Notes: generated by a model not told the origin, from the sequence alone. A stretch of DNA of 47,543 nt from Acidimicrobiia bacterium (GCA_040902855.1 JBBDWN010000019.1:1-47543), one strand, 5' to 3'. Shown: positions 18,434-27,851, counted from the stretch's first letter. A program made the numbers and translations.

Positions 18434-19623
18434 TGGAGCGGGCCGCCCCGATCGACCTTCCGTTCAGTCGCGCCGAGTACGCCAGCCGACTCGCCACGGT
18501 GCGCGCCGAGATGGACCGGCGCGGCATCGAACTGCTGATCTGTCCCGATCCGTCGAACATGGCATGGCTCACCGGGTACGACGGATGGTCGTTCTACACC
18601 CCACAGGCAGTGCTCATCACCCATGACTCGGATCCCGTCTGGTGGGGCCGACTGATCGACGCCAACGGCGCGATGAGGACCGTCTACATGGATCACGATC
18701 ACATCCACGGGTTCGGAGACGAATACGTGATGTCCTCCGAGCGCCACGCCTACGAGCACCTGGTGTCGGTGGTGAGAGAACTCGGGTGGGATGGGCGCAG
18801 GGTCGGCGTGGAGATGGACAACTACTACTACTCGGCCGCGTCGCATCAGGTCCTCGTCTCGGGGCTCGGGACGACAGAAGTGATCGACGCCACCGGGCTG
18901 GTGAACTGGCAGCGCACGATAAAAACCGACCAGGAACTCATCTACATGCGTCGGGCGGCGCGCATCGTCGAAAAAATGCACGACACGATCCTGGAGATGG
19001 TCGAACCGGGTGTCCGCAAGAACGACCTGGTGGCGGAGATCTACCGCACCGGGATTCGCGGGACCGACGAGTTCGGTGGTGACTATCCGGCGATCGTCCC
19101 GATGCTCCCGACCGGCTTGGACGCCTCGGCGCCCCACCTGACCTGGAACGACCGGCCATTCGAGCAGGGTTTCGGCACCTTCTTCGAGATCGCCGGATGC
19201 CATCGCCGCTACCACGTGCCGCTGTGCCGGACCGTCTTCCTGGGAGAACCGCGTCCTGAGATCCGCAACGCCGAGAGGGCTGTTCTTGAAGGACTCGAAG
19301 CGGGGCTCGACAAGGCGCGGGCGGGCAACCGAGCCAGCGACGTCGCCGGAGCGCTGTACGGCGCGCTCGAACGCCACGGGGTGGAGAAGCACGGTCGGTG
19401 CGGGTATCCGATCGGACTCAGCTATCCGCCCGATTGGGGTGAGCGGACCATAAGTTTTCGCACCACCGATCACACCATCCTCGAACCGGGGATGACGTTC
19501 CACTTCATGCCCGGCCTGTGGATGGAATCCTGGGGCATCGAGATCACCGAGTCGATCCTCATCACCGAGGACGGCCCTGCCGAGACCTTCTGTGACTATC
19601 CCCGCCGGCTCTTCGTCAAGTGA
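18433..19623 (+). CDS. eutD: M24-family (creatinase-fold) hydrolase, ectoine hydrolase EutD/DoeA-like
   Basis: TGATG junction with ehuA. 396 aa. Motifs LPFSRAEYASRLATVRAEM, DPSNMAWLTGYDGWSFY, GYPIGLSYPPDWGERT, FHFMPGLWM. The substrate call rests on family resemblance plus context. Confidence 0.65.
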   Translation: MERAAPIDLPFSRAEYASRLATVRAEMDRRGIELLICPDPSNMAWLTGYDGWSFYTPQAVLITHDSDPVWWGRLIDANGAMRTVYMDHDHIHGFGDEYVMSSERHAYEHLVSVVRELGWDGRRVGVEMDNYYYSAASHQVLVSGLGTTEVIDATGLVNWQRTIKTDQELIYMRRAARIVEKMHDTILEMVEPGVRKNDLVAEIYRTGIRGTDEFGGDYPAIVPMLPTGLDASAPHLTWNDRPFEQGFGTFFEIAGCHRRYHVPLCRTVFLGEPRPEIRNAERAVLEGLEAGLDKARAGNRASDVAGALYGALERHGVEKHGRCGYPIGLSYPPDWGERTISFRTTDHTILEPGMTFHFMPGLWMESWGIEITESILITEDGPAETFCDYPRRLFVK

Positions 19624-19639
19624 GAAGGCGGATGATCGA

Positions 19640-20845
19640 GTGACGGATCTCCGCAACGAGACGATGTTGATTCTCGGTGACCTGATCGGGTTCCCGACGG
19701 TCACCTCCGATTCGAACCGCGATCTGATCGCCTACGCCGAGTCCAAGCTGGCGGCCGTCGGAGCGACGGTGTCGATCACCCGACATCCCGAAGAAGACAA
19801 GGCGAACCTGCTGGCCACCATCGGGCCTGCGGTGGACGGGGGAGTGGTGCTGTCCGGTCATACAGATGTCGTCCCCGCCGACGAGGACGCATGGACCGGC
19901 GCCCCGTTTGTGGCCATGCGCCGTGACCAGAGGATCTACGGTCGGGGCGCCGTCGACATGAAAGGCTTCATCGCCTGCGTCCTCGCGATGGCACCGACGT
20001 TCGCCTCCGCCGACTTGCGACGACCTATCCACGTCGCTCTCACCTTCGACGAGGAGGTGGGCTGCCGGGGTGCACCGATACTCGTGTCTGACCTCTTGCG
20101 GATGGGGCCTGTTCCCGCTGCCGCAATCGTCGGTGAGCCGACCGAGATGGCGATCATCGACGCCCACAAGGGGTGTTACGAGTACACGACGACGATCACC
20201 GGGCTGGCGGGTCACGGCTCGGCGCCAAGTCTCGGGGTGAACGCAGTTCAGGTGGCATCCCGCTACGTGTCCCGACTCCTCGAACTGGGCCGCATGCTCG
20301 AGCACCGCGCTCCCGTCGGCAGTCCGTACGACCCTCCGCACACCACGATCAACGTGGGCGTGGTTTCCGGGGGGACGGCGCGCAATGTCGTCGCAGGCGA
20401 GTGCGTGATCGAGTGGGAGATGCGACCCGTGACTCGCAGCGACTCGGAGTTCGTGCTTGCGGGAGTGGAGGCGGTCGAAGAAGAGCTCGGCGAGGAGATG
20501 CGGCGGGTATCGGACGACGTGTCGATCGTGACGCGCACCGAAGGAGCGGTGGACGGTCTCGAAAGCGACCCTGCTTCGGCCGCGGTGGCGCTCGGTCGGG
20601 CGCTTCTCGGCGATCAGCCAACAGCCGTCGTGTCTTTCGGCACCGAGGCAGGCATCTACCAGGCTGCAGGCATCCCGGCGATCGTGTGCGGTCCGGGATC
20701 GATCGACATGGCCCACCGTCCGGATGAATACATCGAGATCTCCGAACTGGAGCGCTGTCTCGAGATGCTGGCTGTCCTCACCACCCACCTCTCCGCCGTT
20801 CCGCGGGCTGGATCGGACGTGGAGGTCCGATCTAACCCTGGGTAG
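19640..20845 (+). CDS. M20-family metallo-deacylase, acetylornithine deacetylase (ArgE)-like
   Basis: GTG at 19640 lies 17 nt after the eutD-like stop (alternative ATG at 19664). Motifs KANLLATIGP, LSGHTDVVPADEDAW, YGRGAVDMKGF, GPGSIDMAHRPDEYIE. Confidence 0.8.
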   Translation: MTDLRNETMLILGDLIGFPTVTSDSNRDLIAYAESKLAAVGATVSITRHPEEDKANLLATIGPAVDGGVVLSGHTDVVPADEDAWTGAPFVAMRRDQRIYGRGAVDMKGFIACVLAMAPTFASADLRRPIHVALTFDEEVGCRGAPILVSDLLRMGPVPAAAIVGEPTEMAIIDAHKGCYEYTTTITGLAGHGSAPSLGVNAVQVASRYVSRLLELGRMLEHRAPVGSPYDPPHTTINVGVVSGGTARNVVAGECVIEWEMRPVTRSDSEFVLAGVEAVEEELGEEMRRVSDDVSIVTRTEGAVDGLESDPASAAVALGRALLGDQPTAVVSFGTEAGIYQAAGIPAIVCGPGSIDMAHRPDEYIEISELERCLEMLAVLTTHLSAVPRAGSDVEVRSNPG

Positions 20846-21998
20846 CAGTGGACTCGAGGGTTGGGAGGCGGAGCAGGAGTCCGGCGGCGATCACCGCGGC
20901 GGCGGCGGCTCCGAACGACGTCAGACGCATTCCGCCCGCCGAGAACATCCACGGTCCGGCCAGGTCACCCACGATCCGGCCGATACCGGTCGCCACCGAG
21001 AACCACGCCAGATAGCCGGTCCGGTTTTCCGGGTGTATCTCCGTCGCCACTGTCATCGCTGAGACGATCGTGTATTCGATCAACGCGATGCCGACCGCAA
21101 GCACCACCACCCCCACCACCAGCGACTCAGAGACGAATCCGAACGCGGCGAACACCAGACCGGCCAGGCCCAGGGCGATGGCCAGCGCCTTCCGCTTGTT
21201 CACGCGGTCGGTGATCGCCACGACACCTCCCTCGCCCAGCAGTTCGGCGACGCCGATCGCGGTGCCGACCCCGCCGAGCGCCAGGAGGGCAAGTCCGAAG
21301 CTGCTCTCGAGCCATGTGCCGAGGTTGACGAGGAGGATCTCGAGTGAGACGCCGACCAATCCTCCGACCACCAGAAACCATCGCGCCGGTCCCCGTACCA
21401 CGGGCTTCTCCGCCAGCTCCACCACCTCGGCCGAATCAACCCGGTCGAGCCTCGCCACCGCCACCATGCCTCCGGCCGCCAGGAGACCAAGCGTCAGGAA
21501 GGGCGTGTTCCACGTGCCGCGCTCGATGAGCCATCCGGCCACCGGAGCACCCACCAAGAGCCCTCCGGCCCAGGCGACCTCCAACATCCCGATATGGCGG
21601 CTGCGTCGGTGCCACGGGACTCGTTCGGCGACGTGGGCCTGGGCACCCACATCGAACAGCGGTTTGGCGAAGCCGATGAGGGCGAAGCCGATCAGGGCCC
21701 CGATGAAGACTCCGAACCAGGCGGTGATCAGCGAGCCGACGGCAAATACTGCCAGCCCGGTCAGCAGCAAGGCTCGGCTGGTGGCTCGACGTCCGGCGAC
21801 TCCGATCGCAACCGGCGAGGCGAAACCGGCCACCCATCGAACCGACACGAGTGCGCCCGCCTGTCCGATGCTGATTCCCAGCCCGCGAGCGATCGCCGGG
21901 AGGAAGGGATAGACCAGGCGTACGGCGGTGTTGAGGACCAGCTTGAGGGCAACCAGCCGGATCGCGCCGATTTGAGGACCCGCGGGCCGTGGGGTCAT
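20832..21998 (-). CDS. MFS transporter
   Basis: ATG at 21998 (MTPRPAGPQIGAIRLVALKL), 388 aa, about 12 TM helices. ATGA overlap with the upstream gene. The 3' end overlaps the convergent M20 gene by 14 nt. Confidence 0.75.
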   Translation of the reverse strand: MTPRPAGPQIGAIRLVALKLVLNTAVRLVYPFLPAIARGLGISIGQAGALVSVRWVAGFASPVAIGVAGRRATSRALLLTGLAVFAVGSLITAWFGVFIGALIGFALIGFAKPLFDVGAQAHVAERVPWHRRSRHIGMLEVAWAGGLLVGAPVAGWLIERGTWNTPFLTLGLLAAGGMVAVARLDRVDSAEVVELAEKPVVRGPARWFLVVGGLVGVSLEILLVNLGTWLESSFGLALLALGGVGTAIGVAELLGEGGVVAITDRVNKRKALAIALGLAGLVFAAFGFVSESLVVGVVVLAVGIALIEYTIVSAMTVATEIHPENRTGYLAWFSVATGIGRIVGDLAGPWMFSAGGMRLTSFGAAAAAVIAAGLLLRLPTLESTATQG

Positions 21999-22996
21999 AC
22001 GGCGAGCGAGAGGGGCAGGGCGACGACGGCGAGGGTCGGTTCGCTGAGGCTTCCCACGTAGAGGTAGCGACCGTGCGCGATGGCTGACGTGGTAACGGCC
22101 ACTCGGCCCGACGGATCCTGGAGGGTGGCGATCACGGATCCCGTTTCGTCGAACGCGGCCACGAAACCGTGTCGAGACACCTTGGGTTGCAGGCGTTCGG
22201 GGAGACGATGGATGACACGTCTCACCCGCGGCCGGGAGAGCGTGGCGTCGAGGGCACGATCCCGGGTGCGTGGAAACCCGCACCAGAAGAGCCCGTTGCC
22301 GACGTTCAGGTTGTCGGGAAAGCCGGGGAGATTCTCGATGAAGATGTCCTTGGTTCCGGCGCGCTCACCATGCAGCCAGATTCGATGGATTCGATAGCTC
22401 CCGAGTTCGGCCACCAGCACGAAGTCCTCGGCGGAGGAGAGGGCGACTCCGTTGGCGAACACGAGGCCGTCCATCACGACGTCGACGTCTCCGTTGGTGT
22501 CCCGGCGATACAGCACTCCCGTGGCCGAGCGTTCGAGGATGTCGGCGGTGTAGTCGGCCAGTCTCCACCGGTGGGAAGAGACCGAGAAGTAAATGGTGCC
22601 GTCCAGGGCGACTGCCGCGTTGTTGGTCAGTGTGAACGCGGTATCGCCGTACCGATCGACGAGCAACCGGGACTTTCCATCCGGGGTGACCCGCTGCAGA
22701 CCCAACTCGGAGTTACAGACGATGAGGGACTCGCCGTCGCTGTCGATCTCGATGCCGAGGGGACGACCGCCGACGTTCGCGATCTCTTCCGGGACACCGC
22801 CGGTCACCTCGAACCGCAGGACCCGTCCGTCGGCGAGGCCGGTCACAGGCCTTCCCTCGGCGTCGATGGCGATGTCCTCGGGGCCTTTTCCGGTGGTGTT
22901 CCACAGCGCGGCGGATCGAAGAAGATCGTTCTCCGCGAACGGCCCTGTCAGGCCGGCATCTCTCGGTGGTTGCCAGGTACGAGGTTCGAACTCCAT
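21995..22996 (-). CDS. Strictosidine synthase-like / SMP-30-gluconolactonase-type beta-propeller protein
   Basis: 333 aa. Motifs GPEDIAIDAEGR, TNNAAVALDGTIYFSVSS, VFANGVALSSAEDFVLVAE, PGFPDNL. Confidence 0.65.
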   Translation of the reverse strand: MEFEPRTWQPPRDAGLTGPFAENDLLRSAALWNTTGKGPEDIAIDAEGRPVTGLADGRVLRFEVTGGVPEEIANVGGRPLGIEIDSDGESLIVCNSELGLQRVTPDGKSRLLVDRYGDTAFTLTNNAAVALDGTIYFSVSSHRWRLADYTADILERSATGVLYRRDTNGDVDVVMDGLVFANGVALSSAEDFVLVAELGSYRIHRIWLHGERAGTKDIFIENLPGFPDNLNVGNGLFWCGFPRTRDRALDATLSRPRVRRVIHRLPERLQPKVSRHGFVAAFDETGSVIATLQDPSGRVAVTTSAIAHGRYLYVGSLSEPTLAVVALPLSLAV

Positions 22997-23060
22997 ACCG
23001 CTGATTGTGGTCGAAGACGTGGGGCGCTGCTGTCGGTCCCCACTGATACTCTCGCCTTCG

Positions 23061-24764
23061 ATGAGTGAACACCCAGGCGATCAGCCCACAGTCGGCAGGG
23101 TCATCGGTACCGAAGACGCCACTCCCCTCGAATTCTGGGTGGCGGTGGCCGAGGGCCAGTACCTCCAACTCGACGATGTCGTTGCGCTCGAGCGGGTGCT
23201 TCCCGGCGGTGAGATGGTCTCGATGTTCGGAATGGTGTCACAGGTGCGGGCCCGTCATGAGGGTGCCCGGTTCGACTCGGACGTGTTTCTCATCGAGGAC
23301 GGCGTACTCCCGGCCGAGGTCTCCGAGTCGGCGAAGGTCTCCACCACCAGGTTCGAACCGGAGACGTTCGTCCCTCCCCGGCCCGGACAGGCGGTGCGCC
23401 GCGCCGTCGGCGAGGAGCGCGACAAGGCCCTCTTCTTCGACCGGATGGACGAACGGCTCCCGATCGGCCTGTCGCGGGCGGGGGAGCCGCTGTTCGTGAA
23501 CCTCGAGTTCCTCGACGGCAGGCGGGGAGCCCACGTCAACATCTCGGGCATCTCAGGCGTGGCGACCAAGACGACCTACGCCACCTTCCTCCTCCATTCG
23601 ATCTTCACAAGCGGGGTGCTCGGACCTCGGGCGGTCAACACGAAGGCGCTCATCTTCAACGTGAAGGGCGAGGACCTCCTTTTCCTCGACCGCCCGAATT
23701 CGGCTCTCGAACCTGACGAGGCCGCCAGGTACGGCAGGCTCGGCCTGCCCGCCGAAGCGTTCGGTTCGCTGTCGGTGTACGCCCCACCTCGATCAGGGGG
23801 AGCAGTGGCGGCACCTGACGTCTATTCGCGTACCGACGGGGTCGTGACGTCGTTCTTCTGGACGCTCGAAGAGTTCTGTCGCGAGGATCTGTTGGCCTTC
23901 TTGTTCGCAGACGCCGAGGACGACCGCGCCCAGTACACGATGGTCATTCACAACGTGATGGCTCGGCTTCGCAAAGCCGTCGCCCTCGACGACGGTGCCG
24001 TGATGCTGGATGGGGAGACCGTTCGAACGTTCGCCGATCTCACCCAACTGATTCAGCGGCGGGTCACCGACGAGGACACCCGCTACGACTGGGCGGGGCC
24101 GGCCATCGGCCAGGGCACGGTCAACGCGTTCGTCCGCAGGCTCCTCGGCTCGGTCCGCCATGTCGAACGTCTCATCCGGGGCGACGTCGCCAACGCCGCC
24201 AAACACCAAATCTCCCTCGACAGTCAGGTGACCGTCGTGGACATCCACAACCTCAACGATCGCGCCAAACGGTTCGTCGTCGGGGTGACGATCCGTCGCC
24301 AGTTCGAATTCAAAGAGAGGGCCGGCCAGTCCGACGAGTTGCTCTTCCTCGTGCTCGACGAGTTGAACAAGTACGCGCCGCGGGACGGGTCGAGTCCGAT
24401 CAAGGAGATCCTGCTGGACGTGGCCGAGCGGGGGAGGAGCCTCGGCGTGATCCTGATCGGCGCCCAGCAGACCGCATCGGAGATCGAGCGACGGATCATC
24501 GCCAACTCGTCGATCCGGGTCGTCGGGCGCCTCGATTCGGCCGAGGCCGCTCGGGAGGAGTACGGCTTTCTTCCCAGCGTGCAACGTCAACGGGCCACGA
24601 TCATCAAGCCGGGCACCATGATCGTCTCCCAGCCCGAACTGCCCATTCCCCTGGTGCTCGAATTCCCGTTCCCGGCATGGGCGACGCGAGCATCCGAGGC
24701 GGTGCCCGCGTCGGCGCCGGGCGGGCCGGAAGATCCGTTCGAAGGCCTCGACGCGGGCGGGTAA
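23061..24764 (+). CDS. herA: HerA/FtsK-superfamily ATPase (HerA-like, DUF87 type) with an N-terminal HAS-barrel
   Basis: ATG at 23061. N-terminal barrel-like segment GRVIGTEDATPLEFWVAV. P-loop region HVNISGISGVATKTTYA (23547-23573). Walker B LLFLVLDELNKYAP. GVILIGAQQTASEI...IRVVGRL as in HerA family proteins. Confidence 0.65.
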   Translation: MSEHPGDQPTVGRVIGTEDATPLEFWVAVAEGQYLQLDDVVALERVLPGGEMVSMFGMVSQVRARHEGARFDSDVFLIEDGVLPAEVSESAKVSTTRFEPETFVPPRPGQAVRRAVGEERDKALFFDRMDERLPIGLSRAGEPLFVNLEFLDGRRGAHVNISGISGVATKTTYATFLLHSIFTSGVLGPRAVNTKALIFNVKGEDLLFLDRPNSALEPDEAARYGRLGLPAEAFGSLSVYAPPRSGGAVAAPDVYSRTDGVVTSFFWTLEEFCREDLLAFLFADAEDDRAQYTMVIHNVMARLRKAVALDDGAVMLDGETVRTFADLTQLIQRRVTDEDTRYDWAGPAIGQGTVNAFVRRLLGSVRHVERLIRGDVANAAKHQISLDSQVTVVDIHNLNDRAKRFVVGVTIRRQFEFKERAGQSDELLFLVLDELNKYAPRDGSSPIKEILLDVAERGRSLGVILIGAQQTASEIERRIIANSSIRVVGRLDSAEAAREEYGFLPSVQRQRATIIKPGTMIVSQPELPIPLVLEFPFPAWATRASEAVPASAPGGPEDPFEGLDAGG

Positions 24765-24842
24765 CTCAGCAGCGACCGAGCGAGGAGAGGTCCGTGGACC
24801 CGCCTTCCACGACAAAGGACGAGGTTGGCGGCACGGAATGGA

Positions 24843-27800
24843 TCACATCGTGGCAATCCGTTCTGCGAGTGTGCCGAGCATCGCCATCGCCACCTCTGGA
24901 CGCTCTTCGAGGATGGCCTGGACTTCGGAGCCGCCCAGAACCAGTGTGTGGACGCCGTCGGCGCCGGCGATGCCATCGAACGATCTGGGACGCTTGCGAA
25001 GCAGGGCGAGCTCTCCGACGTGGTTTCCGGGGCCATACGAGCGGACGGGCACCGTGGCGTTCTCACTCTGGCGGGCGATGACCACCTCGCCCGAGACGAT
25101 GATCAGCATCTCGTCGCCTTCTTCGCCCTCGCGGAATATCCATTCATCCGCCTGGTGGTGGCGTTCGGTGGTCACGAGCGCGATGCGCTCGAGGTCTTCG
25201 GGGTCTAACGCTGAGAACATGGGTACTTGCTGGAGGACGAGTACCCGTTGCATCAGGTCGAGCGTCTCGGTTTCGTGCATGAGCGGCAGTTCCCATCTTG
25301 CCAGGGCGGAGCGCACCACGGGGGACGGATCCCGAGAAGCTGCATGCGCCAGCCGCCGGGCGTCGTCCAGGAGTTCCTCACCCAGACAGAGGTATGCCAG
25401 GGCGCGAATCCAGCGGTCGTGGTCCGATGCCAACTCGCGGAGGCTCGTCCAGCGGTCGCGTACGTCTGCGGTCTGGTCCTCCTCCAGGAGGCTCAAGAGA
25501 TCGCCGACCACACCACGGTCGGCCAGGGAGTCGAGAGCCTCCATCGCCTGGCTTCGGGTTTCTTCGATGTCCGACCAGAGACCCCGCATCACCGTCAGCA
25601 TTGCTGCTTCGTTCTCCGGCGTCGTCAGAGCCGTGATTGCCCACCGTTCCAGCCGTTCTTCGCGCGCAGTCAGCAGGCGCACCAGGTAGCCGGCCGTCGC
25701 TGATGGGTGGAGGCGTGAGTCCAGCGCTTGGCGGTGACGACGGAGGTACGCGGCTCGGGCGATCTCCTGGGAGGCCCAGGCGGTGAGGCCGGGGCCGCGT
25801 GCTCCCGTATCCGCCAGGGCATCGAGGGCTGCATCGCTGGCCCGCACCGAGCCCTCTTCCAACACCGTGAGGAGCGCATCGATGCCTTCTCTGGTCCGCG
25901 CCAGTGCGTTGGCGGCGGAGCGACGGGCGACGATCGACGGGTCATCCAGGAGCTTCACGACTCGCGGAACGTGATCGGACCGCGCTGCCAGCAATGGTGC
26001 GGCCGTTGCTCGTACGAGGCGATGGGGGTGGTCGAGGAACGGAGCCAGATCCGCGTCGGTGAGGTCGGGACGCAATTGCAGCGCTTCGAGGGCAACGGTG
26101 ATCTCGTGGGCGACATCCGAATTGAGGAGGGAATCGAAGATCGCTCGACCCGCGGTGCCGCCCTCCACGACGGCCGCCATCGCCCGTACCGACGGGTCGG
26201 GATCTGCCAACACTTTCGTGAGCTCGGCATGGGCCACGGTTTTGCCTGCCAGCGCCATCTCCAGTACCCGTCGCCGCACTTGGGGAGCGGGATCGGCGAG
26301 AAGAGTGGAGTGGTACTCCTGCCAGCCGCGGTCGCCGAGGGCCTCGAGGGCGGCGGTTCTGACGCGCACGTCGCCGTCACCCAGAGCGCGACCCAGCAGG
26401 TGGGAGGCTTCTTCACCGTTCACGCGAGCCAGCGAGGTGGCGGCCATCACCCGCGCCTCGGGGCGAGCATCGTCGAGGCAAGCTGACATCGCCCGCAGCG
26501 TGTCGGCGTCATGTCCCGGTTTCTGCAGCCCTGCGACAGGCATGGTGAACACGTCGGGTAGTCCGCTCCTCACCGCCTCTACCAGTGCCGATCCGTAGGC
26601 ACTGCGCATTCGCCATACCCCGAGTGCGGCTGCCAGTGCGACGACCAGGCCGATCACCGTCTGGGTCTGCCGGGGAAGTGCCGATCCGGCCAGGAGCAAG
26701 GCACCGGACAGCATCGTTCCGAGTTGCAAAGGCCCGGCCGCCATGAACGCCATCACTTGGCCCCGCCGTCGGCTCGTGAGCACGTTGAACAGCGAACTCC
26801 AGGCCGTCATCCCGATGGCGTTCACCGCCACGAACTGAAGGCCCCTCACAACTGTCGCGGTGACGAGTCCGAAGGAGACGATCCAGGTGGAGAAGCCGCC
26901 CACATAGACGAGCGGAACGGCCATGAGGGTGGCGACCACTCCCAAGCGGGCGAAGAGCCGGTTGGTCACGAACAGGGAGACCAGGAACGTGGCGGCAGTT
27001 GCGACTGCAGAGAAGTAGCCCAAATAGGACGCGACCTCCGCTTCGGCCGAAAACGAGGCAGTGACGATCTCGCTGAAGGGAAAGACGACCAAGAAGAGGA
27101 GCGCGCTGAAGGCCACACCCACGCCGGCGGCGATCTTGAGCAAGGGGTTGCTCATGGTCAGATGGAGGCCGGACCGGAAGTCGGCGAGGACCGAGTCAGA
27201 TGCGGGCTGGGAGGCGGTGGGGAAGAATCGTGCGGCGAGACCGGCGACCAGCATCGCTGCCACCACGAGAAGGCCGGCTTGTACCAGCAGGACATTCTCG
27301 GTTCCGAGCACGCGTGCCAGGGGGCCGGTGCTGGCGTTCCCCACCACTCCACCGGCGATACCGGCCGACGCCAACAAGGGAAAAAGGCGCTTGGCCTGGC
27401 GGGTCGTGTACACCTCTCCCGCTGTTGTCCACATCGCGGTGAGGCTGACGGTCATGACGACCTGACCCGTCAACCACACGACGGGGTACACACCGGGGAG
27501 ATCGAAGAAGATCCCCACTCGCTCCAGCACGATGGCGGCACCCGCACCGACGAAGGCGATCGGAAGCCATTTGGCGGCACCCATCCGGCCGAGGCCAGCG
27601 GCGTAGGCGAGGATTCCCACCATCACGACAGGACCGGAGAGGAGGATCATGGTCGGCAGGAACTCCACGCCGAAGCGCAGGAAAAAGAGCGTGTCGGCGG
27701 TGTTGAGTCCCAGACCCTGGTTGGCCTGGGACACGGCGAACAAGACTGCCGTCCACTTGACGGAGGCTCGTTCCTCGGGGCGAACGGGTAACACGCGGTT

Positions 27801-27851
27801 CAGTGTGGGGCGACCTGCCGGTCGATCTCGTTCCGCTGTCGTGTCGGCCAC
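24843..27851 (-). CDS. Multidomain membrane protein: N-terminal MFS/nucleotide-carrier-like polytopic domain, HEAT-like repeat region, C-terminal cyclic nucleotide-binding domain
   Basis: 1002-aa ORF with a GTG start. The first ~430 aa contain about 11-12 hydrophobic helices. The middle region repeats D.D..VR..A..AL motifs. The C-terminus has FREGEEGDEMLIIVSGEV...GELALLRKRPRS (Crp-type cNMP fold). Confidence 0.7.
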   Translation of the reverse strand: MADTTAERDRPAGRPTLNRVLPVRPEERASVKWTAVLFAVSQANQGLGLNTADTLFFLRFGVEFLPTMILLSGPVVMVGILAYAAGLGRMGAAKWLPIAFVGAGAAIVLERVGIFFDLPGVYPVVWLTGQVVMTVSLTAMWTTAGEVYTTRQAKRLFPLLASAGIAGGVVGNASTGPLARVLGTENVLLVQAGLLVVAAMLVAGLAARFFPTASQPASDSVLADFRSGLHLTMSNPLLKIAAGVGVAFSALLFLVVFPFSEIVTASFSAEAEVASYLGYFSAVATAATFLVSLFVTNRLFARLGVVATLMAVPLVYVGGFSTWIVSFGLVTATVVRGLQFVAVNAIGMTAWSSLFNVLTSRRRGQVMAFMAAGPLQLGTMLSGALLLAGSALPRQTQTVIGLVVALAAALGVWRMRSAYGSALVEAVRSGLPDVFTMPVAGLQKPGHDADTLRAMSACLDDARPEARVMAATSLARVNGEEASHLLGRALGDGDVRVRTAALEALGDRGWQEYHSTLLADPAPQVRRRVLEMALAGKTVAHAELTKVLADPDPSVRAMAAVVEGGTAGRAIFDSLLNSDVAHEITVALEALQLRPDLTDADLAPFLDHPHRLVRATAAPLLAARSDHVPRVVKLLDDPSIVARRSAANALARTREGIDALLTVLEEGSVRASDAALDALADTGARGPGLTAWASQEIARAAYLRRHRQALDSRLHPSATAGYLVRLLTAREERLERWAITALTTPENEAAMLTVMRGLWSDIEETRSQAMEALDSLADRGVVGDLLSLLEEDQTADVRDRWTSLRELASDHDRWIRALAYLCLGEELLDDARRLAHAASRDPSPVVRSALARWELPLMHETETLDLMQRVLVLQQVPMFSALDPEDLERIALVTTERHHQADEWIFREGEEGDEMLIIVSGEVVIARQSENATVPVRSYGPGNHVGELALLRKRPRSFDGIAGADGVHTLVLGGSEVQAILEERPEVAMAMLGTLAERIATM

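Noticed and set aside
18433-19623. M24 protein as creatinase or Xaa-Pro aminopeptidase.
   Set aside because: This is possible on fold alone. However, the characteristic N-terminal DPSNMAWLTGYDGWSFY block and the EhuABCD plus EutB/EutC-like context favour ectoine hydrolase. It is kept at moderate confidence.
22981-22996. tRNA T-arm-like string GGTTCGAACTCC.
   Set aside because: It sits in the first codons of the strictosidine-synthase-like gene (MEFEPRT on the minus strand). No acceptor, D or anticodon arms could be built around it.
23061-24764. HerA-like ATPase as a conjugative coupling/VirB4/FtsK-type protein marking an integrative mobile element.
   Set aside because: No integrase, relaxase, transposase, tRNA attachment site or flanking direct repeats appear anywhere in the window. 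The N-terminal barrel and the presence of mre11-rad50-nurA-like genes fit HerA better.
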